A stretch of DNA of 64,000 nt from Zygnema circumcarinatum SAG 698-1b (taxonomy: Eukaryota > Plantae > Zygnematophyceae). The first letter of the stretch is position 1. Each line of letters opens with the position of its first letter. Shown here one piece after another: positions 9,651 to 21,354 of the stretch. Location of the stretch: assembly GCA_037447605.1 (NCBI GenBank), contig CM074807.1, positions 2,108,001 through 2,172,000 of the forward strand. Reading direction: 5' to 3'. The notes below the pieces were generated by a model, which was given only the letters and a program-made list of their open reading frames with translations, was not told the origin of the DNA and ran no database searches. The translations under genes were made by a program, and so were the position numbers.

Positions 9651-12600
9651 ATGGAGCCCGTCGAGCTTTTCGTCGCCAACATACCATATCATGCGACTGC
9701 GAGAGAAGTCGCGCATTGTCTGGAGGCTGTGGCAGGCGGCTGCGTCAGAAAATGCGAAGTCCAATGCAAGGTGGTTGGGCAGCTGCCGAGCTCGAAAGGA
9801 TTTGCATTCGTGACGGTGGAGAATCAGTATAATGCTGAAACTATCTGCATACGTTCTTCTCGGGGAACGCTCACATTGCAGGGACGTCAGCTGAAGGCGA
9901 AGATGAGCAAAAGAAAGGTGAAACAACAGCCAACTTATTCGCAGATAGAATTGCAGGATATGACGCTGATTGTTGGAAACATGAAGGATGAAAACCAGCT
10001 CAAGCCTTTGTTCCAAGCTGGCAGCGTTGGGATGGAGGTTACGTTTGAGACTCGGACTGTCTCTCTGTACTTGAGGCCAGACCGAAGCCAGCATCAAGCG
10101 ATAAAAGAGCGCAGAGAGTATAAATTCAGCATCAAGTTTAGAAACATTGAGAATGTGCAGACAGTGGCGTCGCCCAGAGGATCGTCGATGCAAAGGAGAA
10201 GGCCGAAGGCGATCCTCTTTCGCGTGTATCAGCCCGCTCATGTATATTATCGTCAACTGGAATCTGGTGAAAGAGATGGCTCGACTCAAACCATTGATGC
10301 AACCAAGACCAGTGGCGGGTTTGAGATGAACGAGCTGTCAAAGCTTTTGAAAGATTTTTTCAACCAGGAGAACGAGAATCTGGAGCTTCCGATGCAGGAT
10401 ACTCTTCCTGATGATCCATTCCTCTACAATGCAGCTGATTATGGAAAGGTATGGACGAGAGGAACTGACTTTACTGATGGCCAGGCTCTTGGGCGTAGCT
10501 TCTACTACTACGTTTCACTGGAATCAAACAGCTCTGCGGAGGACATCAACGCACTTACTGAGATCATGGATAAGCTTGTGGATTACAAGCTTGCAGACGA
10601 TCCACCAACATTTATGAATTTAGAAGTACTGCCATTTCATCGCGATGGGGCCAGCTCGAAATATGCGGCTGGGATAAGCCTCATTCAGCATGCAGGTCTC
10701 CCTGCAGACTTCGTCAAAGTGCCGTACCGTGTCCTATTTAGTGTGCTGCAGCTTCTAGACTACGGTAAACTTAGTGAATTTGGCCTGACACCAGAGTTTG
10801 CACAATTACTGTGCGGGCTGCCAGAAGGAAAAGCTCTGGCAGCACTGAGTAACATGTGGGAGGAAGATGAGATTTTTGAGCCTGCTGAAAGAATTCGAGA
10901 AGAGCTCAAATCACTTCCTGACTGTGGAAGGGCTCGCAGATTGCCAAAGGATCTAATGAATGTTCACCGCTTATTGGTCACTCCTACTAGAGCCTGCTGC
11001 TTTGGACCAGAAGTAGATAGCTCGAACAGAGTGACAAGAAAATTTTCGCACATTACAGACAGTTTTTTGCGCGTCTCATTCGTTGACGAGGATTTTGACA
11101 TCTTGCCGTCACAGGATCTCTCAGTGCCAGTTAAAAACCGGGCCCAAGCCTTGTCCAGTCAGAAGCGCTCTGATGTTTACTTCCGCATCTTGAATATTCT
11201 CTCCAATGGTGTCAAAATTGGAAACAAGCATTTCAAATTTCTTGCATTTTCAACTTCTCAACTTCGTGAGCAGGTAAGTTTTCGATCCAGTTAGTGGTAT
11301 GATGAAAGGGAGCTCAGATGAATTCCTGCAATTGATCATCATTGTATCTGCAACGCATCGTGTTGTGTGGCCTTCATGTAGATGGATAAATGCAGCGTGG
11401 TCGAGTTCCTGGGCTTATCAGTCTACGTAAAGCTGCTGTATCCCATTCTCAGCACATGTACCGTCTCGTATTTCTTATTGGATCCGCGTTTGCATACGGA
11501 ATGTATCCACGTTTGCTGGTGATGACCATACTCATTTAACTGCAGAGGCTATTGATGCTCATTCCTCTTTCTTCCAGCCCATTTGAAGCTTTGTCAAGTG
11601 TGGCTGTATAGAGAATAGAACACGAAGTTGCTGAATGTCAGCCTTTGCAATGGCGCAAGCAGCACAACGACTGTGATGATCCACATTTTTCCAAACTACC
11701 GAACAATTTATTCTGTTATCCAACAGCCCCCTTTTGTGACGTGCTATGCAGTCCGTCTGGATGTTTGCTCCAACAAACGATGTAACCCCGGCCAGTATTC
11801 GCGAGTGGATGGGAGACTTTACGAAAATTCGAAATGTTGCCAAGTTCGCCGCTCGCATGGGGCAATGCTTCTCTTCATCCAGAGCGACTCTTGAAGTACC
11901 TACCGGTGAAACGATGGTGATTCCCGATATTGAAATAACATTTGGCGGAACGAAGTACAACTTTTCAGATGGCATCGGCACGATCAAGCAGGAATTTGCA
12001 AATGAGGTATGGAGAGCAATGGGAATGAGAGGGCCCGTCCCCTCTGCTTTCCAAACGCGATATGCCGGATCTAAGGGAGTGGTGGCCATTCATCCGCTCT
12101 CCCAAAGTAGGCTCTGCATCCGAAGGAGCATGCAAAAGTTTTCTTCCAACCATCGCGGTTTTGAGGTGCTTGATTGGTCTCGCTTTCGACCAGGTTTCCT
12201 CAACCGCCAGATCATCACACTTCTTTCCACATTGGGCGTTCAAGATTCCGTGTTTATTCAGTTGCAGATTGCAATGGTGAAAGAGTTAACTCTCATGCTG
12301 AAAGACCCTGCAACGGCAGTAAAAGTTCTCGAAGCAGAAAATTCAGGCGCGCATAAAACAGCATTGGAAATGCTGACAGCTGGATTTGATCCTGAGGAGC
12401 CCCACCTTCAAGCCATTTTGCGGGTAAGAGTTTTTCAAGATGCCACTGATCCTTTTAATGCTCTTTTGTTTGCAAACTATGCAAAGCAAGTGAAAGGCGT
12501 GGACTTTATTGTCTGCTGAGGCACCTCTTTCCCTTGATGCCCCTGTTGAACTATTTTCCTTTTCATGCTAGAAGCAAAAAACCACCAGCATCTGAAGTTT

Positions 12601-14375
12601 TTGTACTGTTTCAGGCCTTTCGGGCTGTTCGACTGCAGGAATTGAAAATGAAGGCGCGAATATTTGTTCCAAAAGCTCGTTGCCTAATGGGCTGCCTGGA
12701 CGAGTTCGGTCACCTTCAATATGGCCAAGTCTTCCTTCAGGTGACGCGTGACCCACGAGCTGTCAGCCGATGGGATGACGGCCTTGTGTGGCCAAAACCT
12801 GCCAATGCGAAGCTCCCCAATGGCCAATCAAACCCCCTGACCGATGTGTCCAAGTACGTGATAAGGGGAAAAGTTGTGGTAGCAAAGTGCCCCTGCCTGC
12901 ATCCGGGCGACGTACAGCTGTTGGAGGCAGTGGACGTTCCTGCTCTTCACCACATGGTGGACTGCCTCGTCTTTCCCCAGAATGGCGACAGGCAAGCGAA
13001 ATCTTGACGTGCTTGTTGCTCCGTGCGACCAAACTGCAAGAGTAAAGTGTCAGCATGTTGACAGGACACAAAAAAGGGCATGCTGGATTGTATTTTTAGT
13101 ATCGCAGGGTCTCAGCTGACTGAGGAGTTTGTTCAATGATAATCAAATGTGCTAACTTTTTTGAAAGGTGGATACGTTGTTGACTATTTGATGCGGACAG
13201 ACCCCATCCAAATGAATGCTCTGGAAGCGATCTTGATGGCGACCTCTACTTCGTCTCCTGGGATGAAGGGCTTCTTCCGCTGAGAAACGTACGCGCTATG
13301 GACTATGATGCGGCAGAAGCCGTGCAGCTTGATCACCCAGTGCATGTTGAGGTAACACATTCCCTCAAATAGCTTTCACGTCTTTAAAGTTCCGGAGTTT
13401 ACATGTTGAATGCAGCGAAATCTAACATTGTTTTCTTAAGGAATGACTCTCCCGATTGTCACTGGTAGAATTGATGTGCACTCGCTGATGGTTATTTGCG
13501 TCAAGCTGCTTATATGAGCCGGACTTTTGTGTGGCTTCCATGCACAGGATATCGCAAAGTTCTTTGTTGATTTTATGATGAACAATACACTCGGAATCAT
13601 CGCGAACGCCTGTGTAGTCCATGCAGATACGAGCCCTTTGAACGCAGCTGATCCTAAATGTCTTCAGCTCGCACAGCTCTTTTCCATCGCCGTGGATTTT
13701 CCCAAAACTGGTATTCCGGCATTGATGCCAATGGAACTCCGCCCCAAGGAGTACCCAGACTTTATGGAAAAGGAGGACAAAGTCACCTATGTTTCGAAAA
13801 AAGTGTTGGGGCAACTTTATAGACACGTAGCGACTGATACTGAACTGCTGCCAAAGAAATTGTTCGAGTCTGATGTGACATATGACTCAGACCTTGTGGT
13901 GGAGGGCTTCCGCGAACATGTGAATTTTGCACGTATGTGCAAGGAGTGGTATGATCACGACATAGTGGGACTCATGAATCGGTACGGAATAAAGAGCGAG
14001 GCGGAACTGGTAACGGGGCACATTCTTCAATTTGGTCGATACTTCAAGCGAAGGCAGGGAGAGGCGAGAGATCAGATTGCCCGTGCTGTGGCTACAATCC
14101 GCAAGCAGATTCGTGCAGAGTTTGATGAAGGAGTAGAGATAACCAATGTCAGGCGTTTCTGGCCCATGGCCTCCGCATGGTATCATGTCACGTATTCAAA
14201 TGAGTTCGCTGAAGCAGGAGGTAGAAAAGGCAAGGGGAAACAGAGGCTGATCTCTTTTCCATGGATCGTCTCAGATGTACTTGCAAGCATCAAAAGGGCT
14301 CGCAAGGCACAAGCTGATCGTTTGGCTGAAGATTCGTTGGAAAAATTGAACACAGAAGATGCTCTCCTTACATAG
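9651..14375 (+). CDS. RDR1: RNA-dependent RNA polymerase, RDR-alpha (RDR1/RDR2-like); exons 9651-11273, 11752-12423, 12615-12991, 13201-13351, 13548-14375
   Basis: N-terminal RRM (ELFVANIP...KGFAFVTV). Core motifs FSTSQLRE, KYNFSDGIG, PSAFQTRYAGSKGVV, AKCPCLHPGDV, catalytic CSGSDLDGD, AVDFPKTG, EYPDFMEK and ASAWYHVTY. RDR1 versus RDR2 orthology is not resolved. Confidence 0.95.
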
Positions 14376-15360
14376 AGGTCTTTTCAATAGCGAAATTGAC
14401 TTTCCATCCGCAAGGTACCCTCATCCCGCTGTTTGCGACGTACAGGAGGGTTGGAGCATGGACCCATTTTGTGGCTCAAGCTGAGAGTGAAAGATGCACA
14501 CTGGTAGTTGGTGGAGTAGAAGCACACTCTGTATATATCTCGTTCGTAGGGTTCACGACCTTCGTGAGGTAGCACATGCACGGTAGCAGCCCCTAGTGGG
14601 GTCTTTGTACAGGTAGGTTTTGGCGACTTTGTGTAGGCCAGGCGCTAAGTAGATGCTGCGGCTGATCCACTAGGAGACACAGGATGAGCACTGTGTGGGA
14701 GGATGTCTGCCCGCTCTCTCTAATGCGAAATGGAAGTGGCATTTATCTCACGATGGCGAGGCCATCATATGTACATGGGCAAAATCAGCATGGGGAATCA
14801 AAAATGTGGTTCTGTGTTTCTCTAATGTGTTTCTGTGTGCATGCCCCCATTTCCTCGTCTGACAGGATGCCTGTCTTTCATCGTACGTGAGAGAGCGAAG
14901 ATCTCTACTCGACGCGATTGCTTGGCTGTGCTAATGAGCTGTCATTGTTCCGTTCCCGTTGACTGACCCAACGTGCTGATCTCTCTGACGCTCGACAAGA
15001 CCATTTTAAGAATACTAACCACAGACGAGCAGAAAGAAGAATAAGACAAGAAGCAGTCAAAGAAGCGTTCCACAGCAGCGCGTGGCACCTTACAAAGTAC
15101 TCCAACCCGCCGTATCCCCCACACTGGAAATAAACGAACGTGCCACCTCAATCGACACTTTTTATTGACACCAAGGGGGTGTCACCCAAATATTCACACA
15201 AGTTGGAAGATGGAACAAGCGCTGCACTTCCATGCCGGCTCATCTGCTACTAAAATGCGTTTTAAAATTGATATACATAGATACAGACTTATCAAAGATT
15301 GGCAGCTCTCTGGAAGCTGTAGTGTGGCAATCAACCACCCTTCGTGCGAACCTGCATTGT

Positions 15361-17823
15361 TTAAAGCCTTGCCCTGAGAGGGCCCGTCTGCTTCCTGGAA
15401 AGATGCGCTTCAATGGTACCGTGGGGTTCGCTCGTTGGCAAGTAGACATCATCGTTGAACTGAACACGCGACACAGAAACACAAGGAACTCCTTAAAACT
15501 TTTTCAATCGCGCATGGACGTGGCTAAACTAATCAGACCAAGAACGAGCAAAAACTTGAACTAGTACCAAACGATGCTCCAAGTCCTTCTTACACAGGAA
15601 ACTTGTATGAGAAGGTGCCTTTGCGCAAGCAGTTTCAGCACATTGAAGATCCACTGACACGAGCCTACTGGCGTCATGCGGCAGCAAGCAGCCACTAAAA
15701 CATCCAGGTGCAGGTCAACTTACTTTGACTCCAATAGCCGGCATATTCACGGGAATGAAGTGAAGATTGGGCATGTTGAGGTATACCGACTCCACCTCCG
15801 GCACTCTGCATGCCTCCACTTGTGAACTCAGGCCAAAGTGTCTAAACTTTGTTTTGTCCGCCTATTCTAGTGCAACAATTCAGTATCAAACTGATACTGA
15901 TACTGATACTGAATTCCACTCTGACAGGTTCACATACTCACTTTTCTAGAACGGCCTTGGCCATAAGATAAAGGGTATTCTGCACAGAAGGGCTGTATGT
16001 GCCACTAAGGGGTGGTCCAAAAAATGTGCCGGTAAGAACTGACTTCACTGTTTCAAAAGTGGCCGCATAGCAGCTCGGCTCGGAGCCATATCTGAATCAC
16101 AAATAGCATTTCAATGAGAACAATTTCTGCGATTCTCTATTCTAGTAGGATCTGCCAGGAAGTGCCCAGCTGACTCAGGGGTAAGGCTAGTTCAGCTCAG
16201 AAGCAAAATATTATCAGAACATACTGCAAAACGAATACCTCCAGGTGGCCAGTATAGACGACGCGACAATCCGCTCCCGTGTGTCAGGAAGAATGGTGTA
16301 TGAATCTCGGATGAAGCCCTCAAAACCAGACTGCACATCCAGACGAGCTGACAGTAAGCTGAGACTATGCTTCAACTTTTAAAATAAAACCAAACAGTTA
16401 TTTAATAAGGTATACTTGGTGAGCCCACATCTTGTTTAGCGAAGTTTCTATTATCATGAGAACATTATCACACTGTGTGGCCGTAATAAGAGCCGGGTCA
16501 CTAAACCTGTGTGGTCTTGAGGAGAGCCAGGTCCTTGATGCCTGCAGTGACTGTTTCAGTGCCTGCCTTATCGACTTCAACCTCGACTGTGTGCATCTCC
16601 GTTCCTTGCTTGAAACCTGCAATGTCCCTCCCCCCTCAGAGAAACTTGACGAGAGGAGTGATATATGGACCTAGCTTACGCCGGACTTTCAAGACGCTAA
16701 ATTGAGAAGAAGGCTTTCAGAGATGGCGGACTCCACGGAAGGTGAAGTAGAGTGACAAAGAAGAGCAGATCAGAAGTACACAGAGTCTGTGGAGGTATTA
16801 GGAAAGCCATTAATTCAAGGACACCATTTTCTGCTGGGGAGGACGGGAGCATTAAGGAGGCTCAATTCCATCATGATTCCGCTAAATCAAACGCGCAACA
16901 TAGAGAAACGCAAAAAAAACGGTTCTTTGCGTTGGTTATCAGCCACAATTCAAAGACCATGAAGAGGTGATTCTTTTGAATGAGAAATACCGTGGTTGTG
17001 AGGCAGGCCGCTGACAGTCTCCCGCTCCCATGGCTTTTCCACAATTGAAACTTTGGAACCAGTCACCTGCCAAAGAGGGAAGCAGAAGGACTGGGCTGCT
17101 TCAAATGCATAACCATTTTTGACACTTCTCGCGAGTGCTGGTGACGCAAACAACCTATTGCAAGTAACAAAGGGCAGCTCAGTATCAGGCCACTCACTAC
17201 CGGATATGTCTTCAAGAAGTGTCTCCCGATTAAAAGAGCGAAAGACTCCATAGACAGCTTCTCCTTGCATTGTTGAGCGAGCACGTACACCTGCCCCCCC
17301 ATGGATAAGAAGAGGGATCAATATGAGAAGGCGTACCTTAATTTGAACAATTCAGCAATGATATTAGGCCTCCCTTGAAGCATGAAAACCGACAGCACCA
17401 TGTTCAGCGCACGAGAACATGAATTGTATAACTAGACAACCATTCTAACAATGCAAGCACAAAGCAATCGCAAGCGGACTGCTCTACACATACACTTGAC
17501 CAAGAATGTTCAAACAAAGCTCCTTTTAATCGTACAGCAAGCTGATACTGCAAATATCATATTTACATTAAGCTTGAGGCCCTAAATTATGCAAGCGACT
17601 GGCAAACAAGGTTACTAAGCAGTACCGTGTTCTTTATAGTATCAGTGGCCACAATGTCGGAGTTGTCTCCAGCTGTAAAGGCGGACTCGCAGTTCGACAT
17701 CAAGGAAATGTCGACATTCCATTCCACAATGTGATGCACATTGCCCTCCCGCCACACTCTCCCGACCCGCACTTTCGACTTCCCGTGCTGATGACGAACA
17801 ATCGAAACGTCCGTCGCTGCCAT
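15361..17823 (-). CDS. UOX: Uricase (urate oxidase), peroxisomal; exons 17823-17626, 17290-~17200, 17066-16991, 16616-16507, 16330-16239, 16091-15942, 15805-15724, 15459-15361
   Basis: Motifs HGKSKVRVGRVW, IVATDTIKNTV, KPWER, LLKTTQSGFEGF, YSPSVQNTLY, MPNLHF and EPHGTIEA. The C-terminal ARL* is a PTS1. Confidence 0.95.
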
Positions 17824-18210
17824 GCCGCGAGAAGTTGTCCTGTGGAGAGGCAGCTTCAGCAGAACCAGCACCTCAGTCTCCTAACGTATGCAGCAGAAGC
17901 AGAGACAAAGGAAATGCTACAAGGAGAGGGGGGGCAGCTTTCTCCTTTAAGGAACAAAGGTGAGCATTGCAGCACTCCTACTGTATGGGAAAAACAAAAA
18001 AACGCACTTTTTTGTCTGCCCGTACATTCTGGTCCGCCAACTTTAAATCATTTTCAAGCCCAGCCCCTCTCACATTGTCAGCCTCAAAATTTGTTTCCCT
18101 CGAAAACAAATAGCAATCCTAGTCCCCCTTGCCGCCGGCGGCGTAGGGCACCTCTGCGAGGGCGCTCTCGCGAGAGTCGCGTTAGCGATGCAGCAACGCG
18201 CGTGAGGCGT

Positions 18211-18220
18211 GCCACGTGGC
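18211..18220. promoter_or_regulatory. Perfect palindromic G-box GCCACGTGGC in the UOX/CPDase divergent promoter
   Basis: Seen directly, 26 bp upstream of the CPDase ATG. Confidence 0.5.
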
Positions 18221-18245
18221 GCCCTCCTGACAGCCCAAGCCGGCC

Positions 18246-19737
18246 ATGGCCATGGCCATGGCGGGGCGCCCGGCCGCCCGCTGGCAGCTGCAGGACGGGG
18301 CGCGGGGGCTGGGGGCGCTGGCGGGGCTGCTGGTGCTGCTGTACGTGCTGCAGGTCCCGCCATGGCTGTGGCGGGCGAGCAAGGTGGAGCAGTACTCCAT
18401 ATGGGCGATGCCACGCGCAGGGAGCGGTCTGCAAGAGCGCTTGGAGGGCGTTATCAAGTCGCTGAGTTCGGAGTTTTATGGCATTCCTTTTCCGCCTCAT
18501 GTCACGGTTATTGGAGCGTTTGGAGCTGGTCAGGGGCTCAAGGAAGGGGAAGTGCTGCGCAGAATGGAGGCCTTGTGCCGCTCGCTGAAGCCGTATACAA
18601 TCCGCGTGCTGGATGTCTCCAGTGGGAATAAGTATTTTCAGTGCGTCTACCTCCGCATCGTGCAGAGCGAAGAGGTAAGCGGCTCCTTAATGCGTATACG
18701 TTGGGGATGCTTTACTGGGCTGGCGTGATTAATGGGCATCTGTAAGCGATTGTTTGTGCGTTGTGTGTTGTCGGATCGTAAAAAGTGGTCGCTGACTCTG
18801 GTGTTCTATGTGCTGGACTGACAGTATTATAATGCGGGAACACTTCGCCTACTGATACTGGAGCGTTCTTTTGCTCCTTCCGCAACAGGTGATGCAGGTT
18901 AACTGGCATGCGCGTGTTGCCTTCGGCTTGGCAGATAAGAGCAGTGGAGGTTCTTATAACTCGAGCGGTAAGCGAGTCCACCCATAGTCTTTACTTACTT
19001 GCCAGTAACTGCTGGCCTTATCGTAGCTTCTTTTCACTTTTTCTGTGTGAGGTCGTCAAATCCCAAATTGCGAATCGCTTCTGCTAGGACAGCGCTAGTC
19101 GGAAAGGTCACCATTTGAGTGCTTCTTGTGCCATATTATTTTATATGTTCGATACTCTACAAAGAGAGTTTTCAGTAACTCTTCTATACAGGTTACTGAA
19201 ATTCTATGGCATACTCCTTCGTGGCGTTTCCAAGTTCAGAGATTTTTTGTAACAATGTATTCAGTGATCTTGATAGCGGTTCGAACTCTGCGACGATGTT
19301 GTTTCGACAAAGGGCCCAATTGTAAATCCTAGCTTTTTTCTTTTGTCCTTAGGTCCTTTGCGACCAGTTCCTCGTGGTTCCCCATGATGATTTTGTCCAT
19401 GTACATTTGATGGCATCGCCATCGTGAGATCAATGTCACATCACCCATACACTAATTGTAACTGGATAATGCTTAATCAATGGCTGCAAAGCTAACTTTG
19501 CAATTGTTGATTGAACCACGGGGCTCAGGGTACATGCCACATCTCAGCCTGATATACGGACACCTTCAGGATTCGGAAAAAGCTCTTGCGAAGAATAAGG
19601 TTGAGACGGAGAACAGTGATATTTTGCAGGATATGGAATTCTCCGTTTCCAGTTTGGCGCTTTATCGAACAGATCCTGACGATTTGGAGATGAAATCGTG
19701 GGAGTTTATCCGCGAATTTAAGCTGGGAAATCACTAA
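18246..19737 (+). CDS. 2H-family cyclic phosphodiesterase (CPDase-like) with an N-terminal hydrophobic segment; exons 18246-18674, 18889-18967, 19529-19737
   Basis: YSIWAMP, FPPHVT (HxT), YFQCVY and YMPHLSLIYG (HxS) are typical of plant CPDase. Splice phases are consistent. Confidence 0.88.
19326..19453. repeat. Short dispersed repeat, copy 1, in CPDase intron 2
   Basis: Core 19363-19442 matches 57370-57445 with 3 substitutions and a 4-nt indel. Flanked by an AATTGTAA direct repeat. Confidence 0.75.
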
Positions 19738-21354
19738 CAGAACTTCAAAGAGCCAAACAGTACAGCCCCTAAATCTCTGTCTCAGCCTAGAGGGACCCCA
19801 CTGCACTTTACGTCCTTGTAATTATGATCCCATTTTCGTATTCGTTAGTTCTCTCATATCTGAGAACGGGGCACTCCTTGTAGACTGAGTTACTTATTGT
19901 CTTGAAATTAGGCAATGTCTTCGAGTTGTAATTAAAGACCTGAGAATGATCTCTTTCTTGTGAAGATAACAACTTTTACTTTACACCTCTTTCTTTAAGA
20001 GAAAGGTGGGGAGCAAACCCATGCAGCTGAATGTGAGTACAAGCGGTGGAGACTTGCGGAATTGGGGTTTCCATTCAAGGACTTTTATCGTCTCAAATTT
20101 TGTTGGCTGTTCCTTTACTGGAAGGAATAAGCGTGGTTCTTTCGCGAAGAGTGTAACCTTTTTCCAATAAAAATGTCTCATGACCAATGCATAGCAGAAG
20201 GGGGTTTCTGACTTCCATTTTTTTCCAGTTCATCTCTTCACAGGGTGTCAGGCCATGATCACGCCCATATGATGGTTGTATTGTTTTTGCGGAAATTTCT
20301 TATGTACACTTGTTTCTCTTCCTTCCTACGGAAAGCATTTCTTGGACAAACCCTCAGATTGAATGACATTGTGCGTGTCCTTCTCATTTGCTCTAAAATG
20401 GAGATACATTTTTGGTTAAGGGACACTTCGCACCTGGCGGTAATGGAACGAATGAAGACACGTGAATCTGCTCATCAGTACTATTCACCCTTCTTACTTG
20501 CTTGTGCCGCCTCAACATCACTAACATCAAGCCTGTAAATAATGACTAGCATCTGTTTCCCTGTGTGTTTTTTAAAGCGGGAGAGGGAGGCTGCGCGTCG
20601 GGTAGACTGCCGCCTACCTCTCATGCATTTTTTGGTTTTTTTTGTTCGTATTGATTTCTTCCCATTTGTTCCCCGCTTCGTCCATCCCACACCGCACCAT
20701 CGCCCGGACTGCCACTAATGCCTCCGAAGCAACGCTAACGCCAGGCGCGTGCAACCTGGACGTCCGTACAATGCACGGCATGCCACGCTTCTTCGTACAT
20801 CCCCGTACGACATCTGGCATCCGTACGATACGGCATCGAGAGGGAATCTAATCTCGTGCTGGCAGGGAGGGAAGGGCGTAGGGCGCAGACAGCCCCCGAG
20901 GGGAGGCGGGAGGAGCGGCCTTAGACCTGCCGCAGGGCAGGGCGGGGCTTTACGATGGCGGCGCAGCCTGCGGCGGGGGCCGCTCGGAGAGATGAGCACC
21001 GGGAAGGGTCGGTTTCTGCTGCGCTCACAGGCTGTCATGTGCCGTGAACTCTTCGTGAAGCCTGGCTGGCTCCAACTTTGCTACCGACCGATTCTCTTGC
21101 TTTGATAGTCCCTTAATCTCTCAAGCTTTGGCATTGGCCTGCTCATGAAAGACGCCTCAGCATCCTTGCATCTGCCGCTGTTAGGCTTTTCTCACGCGGA
21201 TGCATACTCTCGTTCAGATCCAAGCGGATCTGGCTGCCCTGAGCAGCTGGTTTTGGTGGCGAGCATGGTCGTGTAGGTTGCGGTGGCAGTGGCAGCCGCT
21301 AGCACCTGCTACGCGCTTCTGGCCTGACGTAGCACTTGTTGTTTCTGGTCAGCC

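Noticed and set aside
19363-19442. Box C/D snoRNA (ATGATGA C box)
   Set aside because: No CTGA D box is present, the second copy changes the C box, and that copy is antisense to its host intron.
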